Shown here piece after piece: positions 26,160 through 36,478 of a DNA stretch of 64,000 nt. Positions within the stretch are counted from its first letter, which is position 1. Each line of letters starts with the position of its first letter. The stretch lies in the IMG/VR virus record IMGVR_UViG_3300025112_005926; one strand, written 5' to 3'. The DNA is from an uncultured virus (IMG/VR IMGVR_UViG_3300025112_005926). Its lineage: Duplodnaviria > Heunggongvirae > Uroviricota > Caudoviricetes. The translations under genes were made by a program, and so were the position numbers. The notes beneath the pieces are model-generated. The model ran no database searches. It saw only the letters and a list, made by a program, of their open reading frames with translations, and was not told the origin of the DNA.

Positions 26160-27704
26160 ATGAGCAATAAAAATTTAGATGTCTTGTTTATTACCCCTAA
26201 CAATAGTGGTAAGATTTATCAAGACCTTTCAATAAGTTACTCCGCCATCGAAACTCCAACTTGGTCTCTCTTGCTGGCGGAATCTTGTCGTTCTGTTGGG
26301 TATGGTGTCGGCATACTGGACACTAATGCTGAAAATCTAAGCGACGAGCAGAGTATAAACAGGATAAAATCTTTGAACCCTAGAATGTTATGTTTTGTTG
26401 TTTATGGTCAAAATGTTAATGCTGGTACCACCAACATGAGCGGAGCAGTGCGACTGGCGGATGCAATAAAGTCTGCTGGCCTAGGAACTCCGATTTGTTT
26501 TGTGGGCTCACACATATCAGCTTTGCCATACGAGACTCTGGAAAAAGAGAAAAGCATAGACATTATCTTGACAAACGAAGGCGTCTATGCTTTGAGAAAT
26601 TTATTATCATGCGACCTAAAAGATAAAGATAGCTTAGAAAAGATCAAAGGTATAGGCTTTGTCAAGAATGGAAAGCCGTTTCTGACTCCCGCTGAAATGA
26701 TAGTCTCCCAAGATAGGATGGACATAGATCTGCCTGGATATGCTTGGGACTTGTTGCCTTACAAAGAAAAGCCTCTGGATCTTTATAGGTCTCCGATGTG
26801 GCACGCAAATTATATCCAAGAAGACCGGTCCCCGTATGCTGGGATTTATACCTCTCTTGGGTGCATATATAAGTGCTCCTTTTGTATGATCAATATTCTA
26901 AACAGAAACAACAATGATCCGATAGGGGTTGCTTCAAATTATTCAAAGATGAGGTTTTGGTCCCCAGAATTTATAATCAAAGAATTTGATAAACTTGTAG
27001 AGATGGGAGTAAAGACAATAAGAATATGCGACGAAATGTTCTTATTGAACAAAAGATTTTATATTCCTCTCTGTGAATTATTAAAGGAAAGAGGGTATGG
27101 AGAGTTTCTAAATATGTGGGCATATTCTAGAATCGATACAGTTAAAGACCCTGAGAACCTAAAATTAGTAAGGGATGCTGGAATTAGGTGGCTTTGTCTT
27201 GGGATCGAAAGCGGCGACAGAAATGTCAGACTAGAAGCATCGAAAGGTAAGTTCGAGGATGTTGATGTATCACACATTGTTGACTTGATACACGAAGCAG
27301 ACATCGATGTGCTGGCGAATTATATGGTAGGCCTACCTGGCGACACCCACGAAACAATGCAGCGCACACTCGACCTGAGCATGGAATTATGCACACGGGG
27401 CTGGAATATGTATGCAGCAATGGCTTTGCCCGGCAGCCGGCTTTATAAGTCTGCAATTGATGGCGGTCAGGAAGTGCCTAAAGATTATATTGGGTACTCT
27501 TTTCATTCTTATGAGACACTTCCTTTGCCTACTGATGCCCTGAACCCCGCTGAGATATTGAAATTTAGGGACGATGCGTGGACAGAATATCACACTTATG
27601 AGCCATTTTTGGACTTGATAGAAGAGAAAAGCGGTACCAAGGCAAGGGGAGATATATTAAAAATGACAGAAGTTAAATTAAAAAGAAAAATTTTGGGAGA
27701 TTAA
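26160..27704 (+). CDS. Cobalamin-binding radical SAM enzyme
   Basis: N-terminal B12-binding Rossmann-like region; CIYKCSFC (CxxxCxxC); LGIESG. Confidence 0.9.
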   Translation: MSNKNLDVLFITPNNSGKIYQDLSISYSAIETPTWSLLLAESCRSVGYGVGILDTNAENLSDEQSINRIKSLNPRMLCFVVYGQNVNAGTTNMSGAVRLADAIKSAGLGTPICFVGSHISALPYETLEKEKSIDIILTNEGVYALRNLLSCDLKDKDSLEKIKGIGFVKNGKPFLTPAEMIVSQDRMDIDLPGYAWDLLPYKEKPLDLYRSPMWHANYIQEDRSPYAGIYTSLGCIYKCSFCMINILNRNNNDPIGVASNYSKMRFWSPEFIIKEFDKLVEMGVKTIRICDEMFLLNKRFYIPLCELLKERGYGEFLNMWAYSRIDTVKDPENLKLVRDAGIRWLCLGIESGDRNVRLEASKGKFEDVDVSHIVDLIHEADIDVLANYMVGLPGDTHETMQRTLDLSMELCTRGWNMYAAMALPGSRLYKSAIDGGQEVPKDYIGYSFHSYETLPLPTDALNPAEILKFRDDAWTEYHTYEPFLDLIEEKSGTKARGDILKMTEVKLKRKILGD

Positions 27705-28471
27705 TGAATATGGACCTTAAAAAAATAGCCAAATCGGCAAGAAAAAGAATTTTTGAGTTTAAGACAAAATCAGGCAAAGGCCACTTGGCTAGTTGCCTAT
27801 CGCCAGTGGACATATTGGTTTCTTTATATCATGATGATAAAACATTATTTGATCACAAGAAGGATATAGTAATTCACAGCAAAGGGCACGGATCCCCGAC
27901 TGTTTATCCTATATTGGCAGACTTAGGATATTTCCCAGAAGATGAATTAGAAAAGTATTGCACCCCAGATGGTATCTTGAGGCTTCATGCCGATTCTACA
28001 ATTCCAGGATGCGAGTTTGTAGCCGGATCTCTTGGGAACGGGATTGGCTATGCAACCGGCTTGGCATATGGGAGCGGAAAGAATGTTTATGTAGTTTTGG
28101 GTGACGCCGAATTGTATGAAGGCGCTGTATGGGAGACCCTTATTTTTATTGCTCACTATAATATAAAAAATGTTCGTTTGATTGTCGATAGGAATGGTAT
28201 GGGAATTCTTGGAAAAACAGAAGAATTGCTAAAACTAGAGCCATTGAGCAACAAGTTTGAGAGTTTTGGATTTGATGTTGTGACTGTCGATGGCCACGAC
28301 TTTGATCAGTTAAGAGAAGTTTTTTCAAAAGAACCGACGCGTCCACAAGTAGTCATCGCAAATACCATAAAGGGAAAAGGTGTTAGCTATATGGAAGATG
28401 TTTGGCAGTATCACACTATCATTCCCAAGGACAAAGAAGATTTAGAAAAAGGCCTTAAGGAGCTATCATGA
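27704..28471 (+). CDS. Transketolase, N-terminal (TPP-binding) subunit
   Basis: GHL.S.LS, SKGH, GSLGNG, GDAE..EG..WE...N, TIKGKG. Confidence 0.9.
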   Translation: MNMDLKKIAKSARKRIFEFKTKSGKGHLASCLSPVDILVSLYHDDKTLFDHKKDIVIHSKGHGSPTVYPILADLGYFPEDELEKYCTPDGILRLHADSTIPGCEFVAGSLGNGIGYATGLAYGSGKNVYVVLGDAELYEGAVWETLIFIAHYNIKNVRLIVDRNGMGILGKTEELLKLEPLSNKFESFGFDVVTVDGHDFDQLREVFSKEPTRPQVVIANTIKGKGVSYMEDVWQYHTIIPKDKEDLEKGLKELS

Positions 28472-29445
28472 CCAGCCAAAGAGATGTCTTTATTGGCAAC
28501 TTGTTCGAAAGAGCTAAGGAAGACAAAAACATTATTTTAATTTCAGTCGATATGGGCGCCTCATCTCTTGACAGGTGGAGAGAGGAGCTACCGGAGCAAT
28601 TCATCCCCGCCGGCATATCAGAACAGAATGCTATAAATCTTGCCGCCGGCCTCTCGGCAGCGGGAAAGAAAGTTTATGTATACTTTATGGCAGCCTGGTC
28701 GGCAAGGTGTTTCGAGCAAGTGAGATACTCTTGTGCTATGGGAAAAAACCCAATAACTATTCTTGGAAATGGAGTGGCACTGGGATATGCTCCCGCAGGG
28801 CCCGCGCACAATCCCAATGAAGATATGGCATATATGAGAACTTTGTGTGGAATAGAGATATATTCCCCAAGCAATAATTCTATGGTCGAAAGCTTGATTG
28901 AGTTGACAATCAAGGAGCCGAAACTTAGATATCTCCGGCTAGAAAGAAAGCAGGCTGCCGTGATGGAAGATGCATATCCCAAATGGGCAACTGGTCCTGC
29001 TGCAATAAAATCAGGGATGTCTATTATCAAGCCAGGTCTAGCGGAGCCTAGGCACCCAAACAAGCCAAAAATTTGCATATTGTCTAGCGGATATATGCTG
29101 GGAAGGGCCATCGAAGTATGGCAAGAATTGCTTTCAGAGGGACACCAGATATCGGTTGTTGATCTGTGGAGAGTGAAGCCAATCGAGCCAAGCATATTTA
29201 AGCACACGATAGAAGAATATGATATTATAATCACCGTGGAAGAGCAGACTCTCTCCGGCGCCTTTGGGTCGGCAGTTTTAGAAGCCCTATCAGATATCGG
29301 CCTGAAAAAGGATGTGCTTAGGATCGGTTTGCCGGAGAGATATCTTTTTGAAAATGGTGATCGGGATCACCTTATTGACAATAATGGTCTTTCTGTTGAG
29401 TCGATGAAAGAAAAGATTTTAAACTACCTTAAGGACTTGGAGTAA
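28468..29445 (+). CDS. Transketolase, C-terminal (pyrimidine-binding) subunit
   Basis: GISEQ..I..AAGL, EQVR, G.AH...ED, YLRL, TVEEQ...G.FGS. Confidence 0.9.
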   Translation: MTSQRDVFIGNLFERAKEDKNIILISVDMGASSLDRWREELPEQFIPAGISEQNAINLAAGLSAAGKKVYVYFMAAWSARCFEQVRYSCAMGKNPITILGNGVALGYAPAGPAHNPNEDMAYMRTLCGIEIYSPSNNSMVESLIELTIKEPKLRYLRLERKQAAVMEDAYPKWATGPAAIKSGMSIIKPGLAEPRHPNKPKICILSSGYMLGRAIEVWQELLSEGHQISVVDLWRVKPIEPSIFKHTIEEYDIIITVEEQTLSGAFGSAVLEALSDIGLKKDVLRIGLPERYLFENGDRDHLIDNNGLSVESMKEKILNYLKDLE

Positions 29446-29448
29446 AGA

Positions 29449-30636
29449 ATGACATATAAAAAATCTAGAGCACAAGATATTACCTATCCATTGGCAATGG
29501 AGACTATTAGTGATGATGATATAGATGCTCTATGCGACTGGCTAAAAGAATATCCTAGGCTTACGAAGGGAGATTTAACCTTGGAGTTTGAAAAGCAGTG
29601 GGCTGAATATATTGGAACGAAATACGCTGTATTTTGTAACTCTGGATCTTCTGCTAATCTACTTATGATTTATGCTGCCTACGCTTCTGGAATGATGAAA
29701 AACAAGAAGATTGTGGTGCCGTCTGTGGGATGGGTCACTACTATCGCCCCTGCAATACAATTTGGGCTGGAACCAACTATGGTTGGTGCCGACAAAGAAA
29801 CTTTCGGAATGGATTTGGATCAATTGGAAGAATTGTGCCAGAAGGATCCTCCCGGTGCTGTGATTTTTGTTCAGGTTCTGGGCGTTCCTCATTACAAAGA
29901 GCGGATCCTCGCGCTTAAAGAAAAATATGGCTTCTTGTTGCTTGAAGATTCCTGTGCTGCCCTCGGCGCTCAATATTCTGATGGAGCTATGGTCGGAACG
30001 ATTGGAGATATGTCTAGTTTCTCTTTTTATTTTGGTCATCAATTGTCTTCTATTGAGGGAGGAATGGTAAACACCGACAATAAAGAACTTTATGATTTAA
30101 TGTTAATGCTTCGAAGCCATGGCTGGGCGAAAGACTTGGATCAAGAAACATATGATAAGTTAATTGAAAAACATGATGTTGATGACTTTCATAAGCCTTT
30201 CACCTTCTTTGTTGCGGGATTTAATCTTAGATCAACTGATTTGCAAGCTTTCCTAGGAATTAGGCAGATGAAAAAAGCCAAATGGGTCGCACAGAGGCGA
30301 TACGAGAATCATGTTCGATATGCCGAAAACCTGAAGGGCTATGTTAAAATCCAAAATTGGAGATATCACAAACCTGTTTCTATTTCTTTTGGCGCGCTTG
30401 CGAACAGCAAAGAACATCGTCATGAAATCGTTAATAGATTAGTTGACAATAAGATTGAGACGAGAATATTTAGTGCCGGCAATCTTGGTCTGCATCCATT
30501 TTGGGCAGAGAAATATGGTAGATTTGAAGATGAGATGAGCAATAAAATTCACTCTTGTGGGTTCTTTGTGCCTAATTATCCTGAGTTAGACAAAAATGAT
30601 ATCGATCATATTTGTAATATAATTAAAGGAGGGTGA
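29449..30636 (+). CDS. DegT-family PLP enzyme, ColD/E1-like 3-dehydratase
   Basis: NSGSSANL, EDSC; SFYFGHQLSSIEGG lacks the Schiff-base Lys and has His there; GFNLR; FSAGN. Confidence 0.8.
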   Translation: MTYKKSRAQDITYPLAMETISDDDIDALCDWLKEYPRLTKGDLTLEFEKQWAEYIGTKYAVFCNSGSSANLLMIYAAYASGMMKNKKIVVPSVGWVTTIAPAIQFGLEPTMVGADKETFGMDLDQLEELCQKDPPGAVIFVQVLGVPHYKERILALKEKYGFLLLEDSCAALGAQYSDGAMVGTIGDMSSFSFYFGHQLSSIEGGMVNTDNKELYDLMLMLRSHGWAKDLDQETYDKLIEKHDVDDFHKPFTFFVAGFNLRSTDLQAFLGIRQMKKAKWVAQRRYENHVRYAENLKGYVKIQNWRYHKPVSISFGALANSKEHRHEIVNRLVDNKIETRIFSAGNLGLHPFWAEKYGRFEDEMSNKIHSCGFFVPNYPELDKNDIDHICNIIKGG

Positions 30637-30639
30637 AAA

Positions 30640-32625
30640 ATGAAAGTTGCCTTAATATTTCCCACTTGGACTGACACATACGGAGGGTATGCTGTTTTTG
30701 CTCGAAAAGCAGCCGGCTGGCCGCCGCTTAATTTGTGCATAGTCGCCTCTCTTGCAGAAAAAGAGGGTCATGATGTCATAATAATTGATGCAGAATCAAA
30801 AAGGTATTCCCTGGAAGATACCATTGAAGAATTAAAAGAATACAATCCAGATTTTATTGGATTTACCGCCAACACTCCTTTTTATCATGTTGCTTCTGAT
30901 TGGGCAGCAAAGATCAAAGAATCGTTTCCTTCTGTTCCAATCGCGATAGGGGGGCAGCACATAACCGTCTTGAAAGAAGAGGCGTTACTTTCTGGGTTCG
31001 ATGTTGGTTTCATAGGCGAAGCAGAAGAGGCATTTCCTTCTTTCTTAAAGAAGTATGAAGAAAATAGAAATATTTGGGAATGGGCAGGAGAAATCTCCGG
31101 ATTAATATATAGAAAAAAGAATGGAACACTTGGGAACACCGGGCAAGCCAATCCGGCATATGATGTAGATGAATTGCCTATTCCATCTAGGCACTTGCTG
31201 GATAATTCTCTCTACACTCTTGGCGCAGAAAAGAGGGGTGTGCAGAGAATGACATCGATCCAGACAGTTAGGGGGTGCCCTTTCAAGTGCACTTTCTGTA
31301 GCACAAAAGTTTTTGGCAGAAGCTTCAGGCGCCGAAACCCAAAGTTGGTTCTTGAAGAAATAGTTGATTGCTATAATGATTTTGGAGCGCACCATTTTAT
31401 GTTTCTTGACGACACCCTAACCATGCACAAAAAGCATATTATCGATATATGTGATGAAATACTCTCCGCCAAAGAGAGTGGCAGGATTCCTGAGACTATT
31501 AGTTTTGAAGGAAGCACGCGTGCAAATGTGGTAGACGAAGATATAGCAAAAAAACTATCTGAAGCCGGCTTTGTTCGCCTTAGTTTTGGATTGGAGTCGG
31601 TTGATACTGTTGTTAGAAAATTAATGAAAAAGCAGGTGAAGATACCAACCTACACGAAGGCTTATGAACTCACAAATAAATATGGAATCGAGACGGTTAC
31701 TTCGGCAATGATAGGGCAGCCTGGAGACAATCACGAATCAATAAAGAAAACATTAAGTTTTCTTCGCTGGGCTAAGTTGATCAAGCGCGCCAATTTGAGT
31801 ATTGCAGTTCCCTATCCCGGTACAGAAATATATGAATGGGCAAAAGAAGAAAAATATGGCTTAAAACTATTAGAGCCAGACTTTAGAAAGTGGAGGAGAT
31901 ATAATATAGCCACAATGCAGGTTGGGGAACTATCTCCTGATGATTTGGTAGAATACCAGAATGATGCATATGCTAGCATATACATGGCTCCATGGCGCTG
32001 GAAGGCTCTCTTTCAAAAAGACGGAATCGGTGGTGTATGGCTGACATTCAAGCGCTTGCTCCGTGCAATCAAAAAAGGAAGATTTGAGATGCTTTTTGTA
32101 TCTCCGAATTACTGGAAGTCTGAACTCGAAAGAGATCCTCAAGAAGTAAAAGAAACAATAAAGAGGCTTACAGAAATTAGTTCTGATAAAATAATTCCAG
32201 TTAAAGACGCCCCTAGCATTTCCGAAACACCCTCTATTGAATCTTGGAATATTAACGCTAGTGATTTAATAGAGAATAAAACAGGAACAATGTTTACATC
32301 ATCAGAAAAAGATATTAGTGAAGAGCTTTTGTCTAAAGGGGCAGGCGCTCACAAAGTAACTGTTCGTAATAATGGTGCAAACACATCGTTTATGACAGTT
32401 GCGGGTCGAACCGTGCTTGAATCCGCGCAGGAATCCAATGTGGAATTGCCTTTTTCGTGTGCTATGGGAGGATGCGGATCCTGTAAAGTACAATTATTTA
32501 GTGGTGATGTAATACTGGCTTCTCCGCATTGTCTTGATGATGTTGAGTTGTCTGACGGCGTGACATTAGCATGTAGATCCATAGCTCAAACGGATCTAGT
32601 CTTTGAAGTCGCCGACACAATTTAA
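30640..32625 (+). CDS. Cobalamin-binding radical SAM enzyme fused to a C-terminal 2Fe-2S ferredoxin
   Basis: PPLNL..VAS, GG.H.T, RGCPFKCTFC, FGLES; C-terminal TVLESA...LPFSCAMGGCGSC...LAC. Confidence 0.85.
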   Translation: MKVALIFPTWTDTYGGYAVFARKAAGWPPLNLCIVASLAEKEGHDVIIIDAESKRYSLEDTIEELKEYNPDFIGFTANTPFYHVASDWAAKIKESFPSVPIAIGGQHITVLKEEALLSGFDVGFIGEAEEAFPSFLKKYEENRNIWEWAGEISGLIYRKKNGTLGNTGQANPAYDVDELPIPSRHLLDNSLYTLGAEKRGVQRMTSIQTVRGCPFKCTFCSTKVFGRSFRRRNPKLVLEEIVDCYNDFGAHHFMFLDDTLTMHKKHIIDICDEILSAKESGRIPETISFEGSTRANVVDEDIAKKLSEAGFVRLSFGLESVDTVVRKLMKKQVKIPTYTKAYELTNKYGIETVTSAMIGQPGDNHESIKKTLSFLRWAKLIKRANLSIAVPYPGTEIYEWAKEEKYGLKLLEPDFRKWRRYNIATMQVGELSPDDLVEYQNDAYASIYMAPWRWKALFQKDGIGGVWLTFKRLLRAIKKGRFEMLFVSPNYWKSELERDPQEVKETIKRLTEISSDKIIPVKDAPSISETPSIESWNINASDLIENKTGTMFTSSEKDISEELLSKGAGAHKVTVRNNGANTSFMTVAGRTVLESAQESNVELPFSCAMGGCGSCKVQLFSGDVILASPHCLDDVELSDGVTLACRSIAQTDLVFEVADTI

Positions 32626-32643
32626 ATTATTTTTGGAAAGCAA

Positions 32644-33870
32644 ATGATAAAATGCAGAAGCTGTGAATCAGATAAGATGATCAAAATTTTGGATCTCGGC
32701 AGGCAGCCATGGTGTAATGATTTCTTGACAAAAGAAATGTTGGGATCAGAGAAGCTATATCCTCTAGAGGTCGTGTGTTGCCAAGAGTGCGAGTTGTTGC
32801 AGTTGAGCCATACGGTTCCAAAAGAGGTGATGTTCTCAGACCACCAATATTTGTCAAGCATGACAAGCACGCTTGAGAAACATTTTCTTGATATTGCATC
32901 CGAAAATAAAGAGCAATTTAATTTACAAGAAAATGATTTGATCGTAGACATCGGTGGCAATGATGGATTTCAGTTGATGCAATATAAGAAGATTGGTTTA
33001 AGGAATGTTGTAAATGTAGAATCTGCATCAAATATTTGTGATTTTTCTAGGAAGAAGGGAATCGAAACTATCAATGATTTTTTTAATGAGTCTAGTGCCA
33101 AAAGACACTTTCAACATCGTGAAACCAAATTAATTAATGCCTCCGGAGTATTCTTTCATCTTGAGGAGCTTCATAGTGTCATAAAGGGCATTAAATATAT
33201 TCTAGCAGATGACGGAGTTTTTGTTATTCAATTTATGTATGCAGGAGCAATGATCGAGAATAACAATTTTGATACCATATATCACGAACATTTATGTTAT
33301 TATACGCTGCGTAATGTCATTGATTTGCTGGCACCATATGATTTAGAAGTGTTTGACGCATACCATTCAGATATTCATAGTGGATCTATAATCGCAAAGG
33401 TGACTCATAGAGGCGGAACAAGAGATAAAAAGACTGAATCTTTAAAAGAGACAAAGAAAAAAGATCAGAAATATACGCTTGAAGAATATCAAAAGTTCTT
33501 CAAAACAGTAGAAGCATATAAAAATAAGTTATACAATTTTCTTTCCGACCTGAAATCAAAAGGTAATAAAATATATGCCTACGGAGCCCCGGCGAAAGGA
33601 AACACATTATTTAATTATTGCGGAATTACAAATGAGATAGTGGATAAGGCAGTTGAAATCAACAAACTAAAGTTGGGATTTTATTTGCCACAATCACATA
33701 TACCGATTATATTAGAAAGTAAAGAAGATTTACCAGATTACTATTTTTTATTGTCGCACAATTTTGCAGAAGAAATTATTCACAAAAACAAAGATATTAT
33801 GGAAAAAGGTGTAAAATTTATAATTCCCTTTCCGGATATCGAAACTAAGGGCATAAACGATGTTAAGTAA
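32644..33870 (+). CDS. NDP-hexose C-methyltransferase (Zn-binding N-terminus)
   Basis: CRSC...LDLG.QP..N, YPL...C..C.L.QL, VDIGGNDG, FDTIYHEH, YGAPAKGNT. Confidence 0.9.
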   Translation: MIKCRSCESDKMIKILDLGRQPWCNDFLTKEMLGSEKLYPLEVVCCQECELLQLSHTVPKEVMFSDHQYLSSMTSTLEKHFLDIASENKEQFNLQENDLIVDIGGNDGFQLMQYKKIGLRNVVNVESASNICDFSRKKGIETINDFFNESSAKRHFQHRETKLINASGVFFHLEELHSVIKGIKYILADDGVFVIQFMYAGAMIENNNFDTIYHEHLCYYTLRNVIDLLAPYDLEVFDAYHSDIHSGSIIAKVTHRGGTRDKKTESLKETKKKDQKYTLEEYQKFFKTVEAYKNKLYNFLSDLKSKGNKIYAYGAPAKGNTLFNYCGITNEIVDKAVEINKLKLGFYLPQSHIPIILESKEDLPDYYFLLSHNFAEEIIHKNKDIMEKGVKFIIPFPDIETKGINDVK

Positions 33871-34828
33871 TAAAATTGCAAAAAAAATAGGGTTAGAAAA
33901 ATATTTTAAAAAAAGAAAAGGATACAGCCTTAATCTAATCGAGTCGCTAGCTTCATCCAAAAAGCTTTGCGTTGATGTGGGATTATCAGAAGTTGCTCCT
34001 AATGCTGCCACTTGGCTTTTAAACGATCCCGACCGGTGTGTCATTGGAGTGGAGCCTCTTGACTATAACTGGGAGCGCCTAGAGGGAAAGCACGATAGCG
34101 GTAAAGACGATATAGGAGATGGCTGGCCAGCCATTCGCATTGGTGAAGAATCGCAAAATGTGGTGATCACCAAAAATCCGTCTCTCGATATCCGAGGTAA
34201 ATTTTTTGGAATAAAATGTGCCATAGATAATGTAGCTATTCCTGAAGAGAAAGAATTTTATCATATGGAGGAAGCTGGCAACTCTAGCTTGTTAAAACCC
34301 AACGACAATCATACGGGCGACATCAAGAAAGTGGAAAAGGTTCAGTGCGTTAGTCTGAGTGATATTTTAGATCATGTTGATTGGAGACAATTTGGAAACT
34401 ACATAGAGCACTTAAAGGTTGATGCCGAAGGTCATGATTTGGAGGTTCTCAAAAGCGCCGGTCAGTATTTGGAAAATACTATTTTTGTTAGCTTTGAAAT
34501 GAGCAGCAACAATGAAGACAAATGGGATGACCAATATAGCTGGGAGGATGCCATTCATTATATGACAAATAAAGGATTTGCAATGCTCCAATTTGATGGC
34601 GGAAATATTGTTTGGCTTAATCGTAGATTTGACGCTTTTTTAAAGCACAACAATTGGCATCGAAAAATGGGCCACTATGTTCAGGATCCCCTAGGGCGCA
34701 CCCCACTCAAATTAAACACCTCTTTGCCTTTTATCGTTGATCCAATCCGGGGCTTGTCTTATTGGTATGATATGTTGTGTGAAGATGGAACTCTTGGTAT
34801 CGACTTCATCGAAGAAGAAAACAAATGA
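33860..34828 (+). CDS. FkbM-like methyltransferase
   Basis: VDVG, GVEP, SSLLKP, LKVDAEGHDLEVL. Confidence 0.75.
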   Translation: MLSNKIAKKIGLEKYFKKRKGYSLNLIESLASSKKLCVDVGLSEVAPNAATWLLNDPDRCVIGVEPLDYNWERLEGKHDSGKDDIGDGWPAIRIGEESQNVVITKNPSLDIRGKFFGIKCAIDNVAIPEEKEFYHMEEAGNSSLLKPNDNHTGDIKKVEKVQCVSLSDILDHVDWRQFGNYIEHLKVDAEGHDLEVLKSAGQYLENTIFVSFEMSSNNEDKWDDQYSWEDAIHYMTNKGFAMLQFDGGNIVWLNRRFDAFLKHNNWHRKMGHYVQDPLGRTPLKLNTSLPFIVDPIRGLSYWYDMLCEDGTLGIDFIEEENK

Positions 34829-35733
34829 AAGTATTGGTCACCGGCGCCACCGGATTTCTGGGAAAGCATTTGTGTTCGAAACTAAAAGAACTTAATTTTG
34901 AAGTTCATATATCGAACACAAAACATGCAAATTTGTCAACAGTTGAAAATCTGTATCAGTTTAATAATATTGAATTTGATTATATATTTCATCTTGCTGC
35001 CGCCACGAAGGCTGGAGATTATTGCTTGACTCATCAGGGAGAGCAGTGGGAAAACAATCAAGTATTAAATACGAATATATTGATTTACTGGAAAGATTAT
35101 CAACCACAGGCGAAGTTAATTTGTATGGGAACCAGTTGCTCATACCCGGTTGACCTTCCAATGACAGAGAAAAATTATCTAATTGGACAACCGGGAGAAG
35201 ATCTTTATACCTATGCGATGACAAAGAGAATGCTGTTGGTTGGATTAAAGGCTTTTGAGAAACAATACGGATTGAAGTGGCTATGCTTTATTCCTTCAAC
35301 CCTATATGGACCTGGGTTTGAGGAGCATGATAATCATTTTATTTTTGATTTAGTTCGAAAGATATATAACGGGAAGCACCACGGCACAGAAGTTGAGCTA
35401 TGGGGAGATGGGTACCAACGGAGGGAACTGATTTATGTCGAAGATGCCGTTGATGCGATGCTTAGTTTGTTAGACCAAGAAAATGAAATTTTTAACTTAG
35501 GATCTTCTCGTGATCTCCCGATTCGGCGCTATGCTGAGGAAATTAGCGACTATCTGGGATATGATTTGAACAAAATTAAATATAATGTTGATAAGTATGT
35601 GGGCGTTCGCAAGAGAAAGCTGGAAGTAGAAAAGGTTCAGAGCCTGTCGCTGAATTATTGTAAGACATCCTTGAGTGAAGGCATACAGAAAATTGTTGAT
35701 TTTTATCATGACAACTATGGAGCCTCAGAATAA
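34825..35733 (+). CDS. GDP-L-fucose synthase/ColC-like epimerase-reductase
   Basis: TGATGFLG, GTSCSYP, YAMTK, LYGP, WGDG...RELIYV.D. Confidence 0.8.
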   Translation: MKVLVTGATGFLGKHLCSKLKELNFEVHISNTKHANLSTVENLYQFNNIEFDYIFHLAAATKAGDYCLTHQGEQWENNQVLNTNILIYWKDYQPQAKLICMGTSCSYPVDLPMTEKNYLIGQPGEDLYTYAMTKRMLLVGLKAFEKQYGLKWLCFIPSTLYGPGFEEHDNHFIFDLVRKIYNGKHHGTEVELWGDGYQRRELIYVEDAVDAMLSLLDQENEIFNLGSSRDLPIRRYAEEISDYLGYDLNKIKYNVDKYVGVRKRKLEVEKVQSLSLNYCKTSLSEGIQKIVDFYHDNYGASE

Positions 35734-35734
35734 T

Positions 35735-36475
35735 ATGAAAGCTTTGGTTGTCGGAGATAGCTGTACGGATGTATACCTTTATGGCAACTGCCGGCGCTTA
35801 TGCCCCGATGCCCCTGTTCCCGTTTTTGTGCCGTTATATCAGAAAGACAACAAAGGTATGGCGGGAAATGTATATCAAAATCTTGTTTCTCTTGGTATTC
35901 CTGCTGTTCTAAAGACAAACAATAATGCAGTCGTGAAGACACGATATGTTGAAGAAAAAACAAATCATATGTTATTGAGAGTCGATTCCGGAGAAGAAAG
36001 AATAAACAGAATGTCAGGCTTGACTGTCGGATTTTTAAAGGATTTTACGGTTGTGGTGATATCTGATTACAATAAGGGGTTTCTGCATGAAGAAGACATT
36101 AAATTTATTTGTGAGAACCATCCTTTGGTTTTCATCGACACAAAGAAAATAATCGGAGATTATTGTAAAGAAAGTTCGTATATCAAGATTAACTCAGAAG
36201 AACACAGAAGATCGTTTCAGGAGATTAATAATCAATCAAAAGAATGGGCAAACAAAAAGATGATTGTTACTCTTGGGTCTGGTGGCTGCGAGTTTGATGG
36301 CAAAAAATATCCTGTCTCACAGGTTGAAATTAAAGACACTTCTGGTGCCGGCGACACTTTTTTAGCAGGATTGGTTTATGAATATCTGAAAAGAGAAGAT
36401 ATCTACGAAGCTATGGAGTTCGCCAATAAGTGTGCCACAAGAGTTGTACAAATGAAGGGAGTGAATGTCATATGA
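35735..36475 (+). CDS. HldE/RfaE domain-I-like sugar-phosphate kinase (PfkB family)
   Basis: VGD...D.Y..G...RL.P.APVPV, G.AGNV, KTR, ISDYNKG, DTSGAGDTF; ATG at 35735. Confidence 0.85.
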   Translation: MKALVVGDSCTDVYLYGNCRRLCPDAPVPVFVPLYQKDNKGMAGNVYQNLVSLGIPAVLKTNNNAVVKTRYVEEKTNHMLLRVDSGEERINRMSGLTVGFLKDFTVVVISDYNKGFLHEEDIKFICENHPLVFIDTKKIIGDYCKESSYIKINSEEHRRSFQEINNQSKEWANKKMIVTLGSGGCEFDGKKYPVSQVEIKDTSGAGDTFLAGLVYEYLKREDIYEAMEFANKCATRVVQMKGVNVI

Positions 36476-36478
36476 CAT
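36450..36478 (+). repeat. 29-bp direct repeat, copy 1 (RBS + start region)
   Basis: AAATGAAGGGAGTGAATGTCATATGACAT; 28/29 identical to 37276-37304. Confidence 0.9.
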
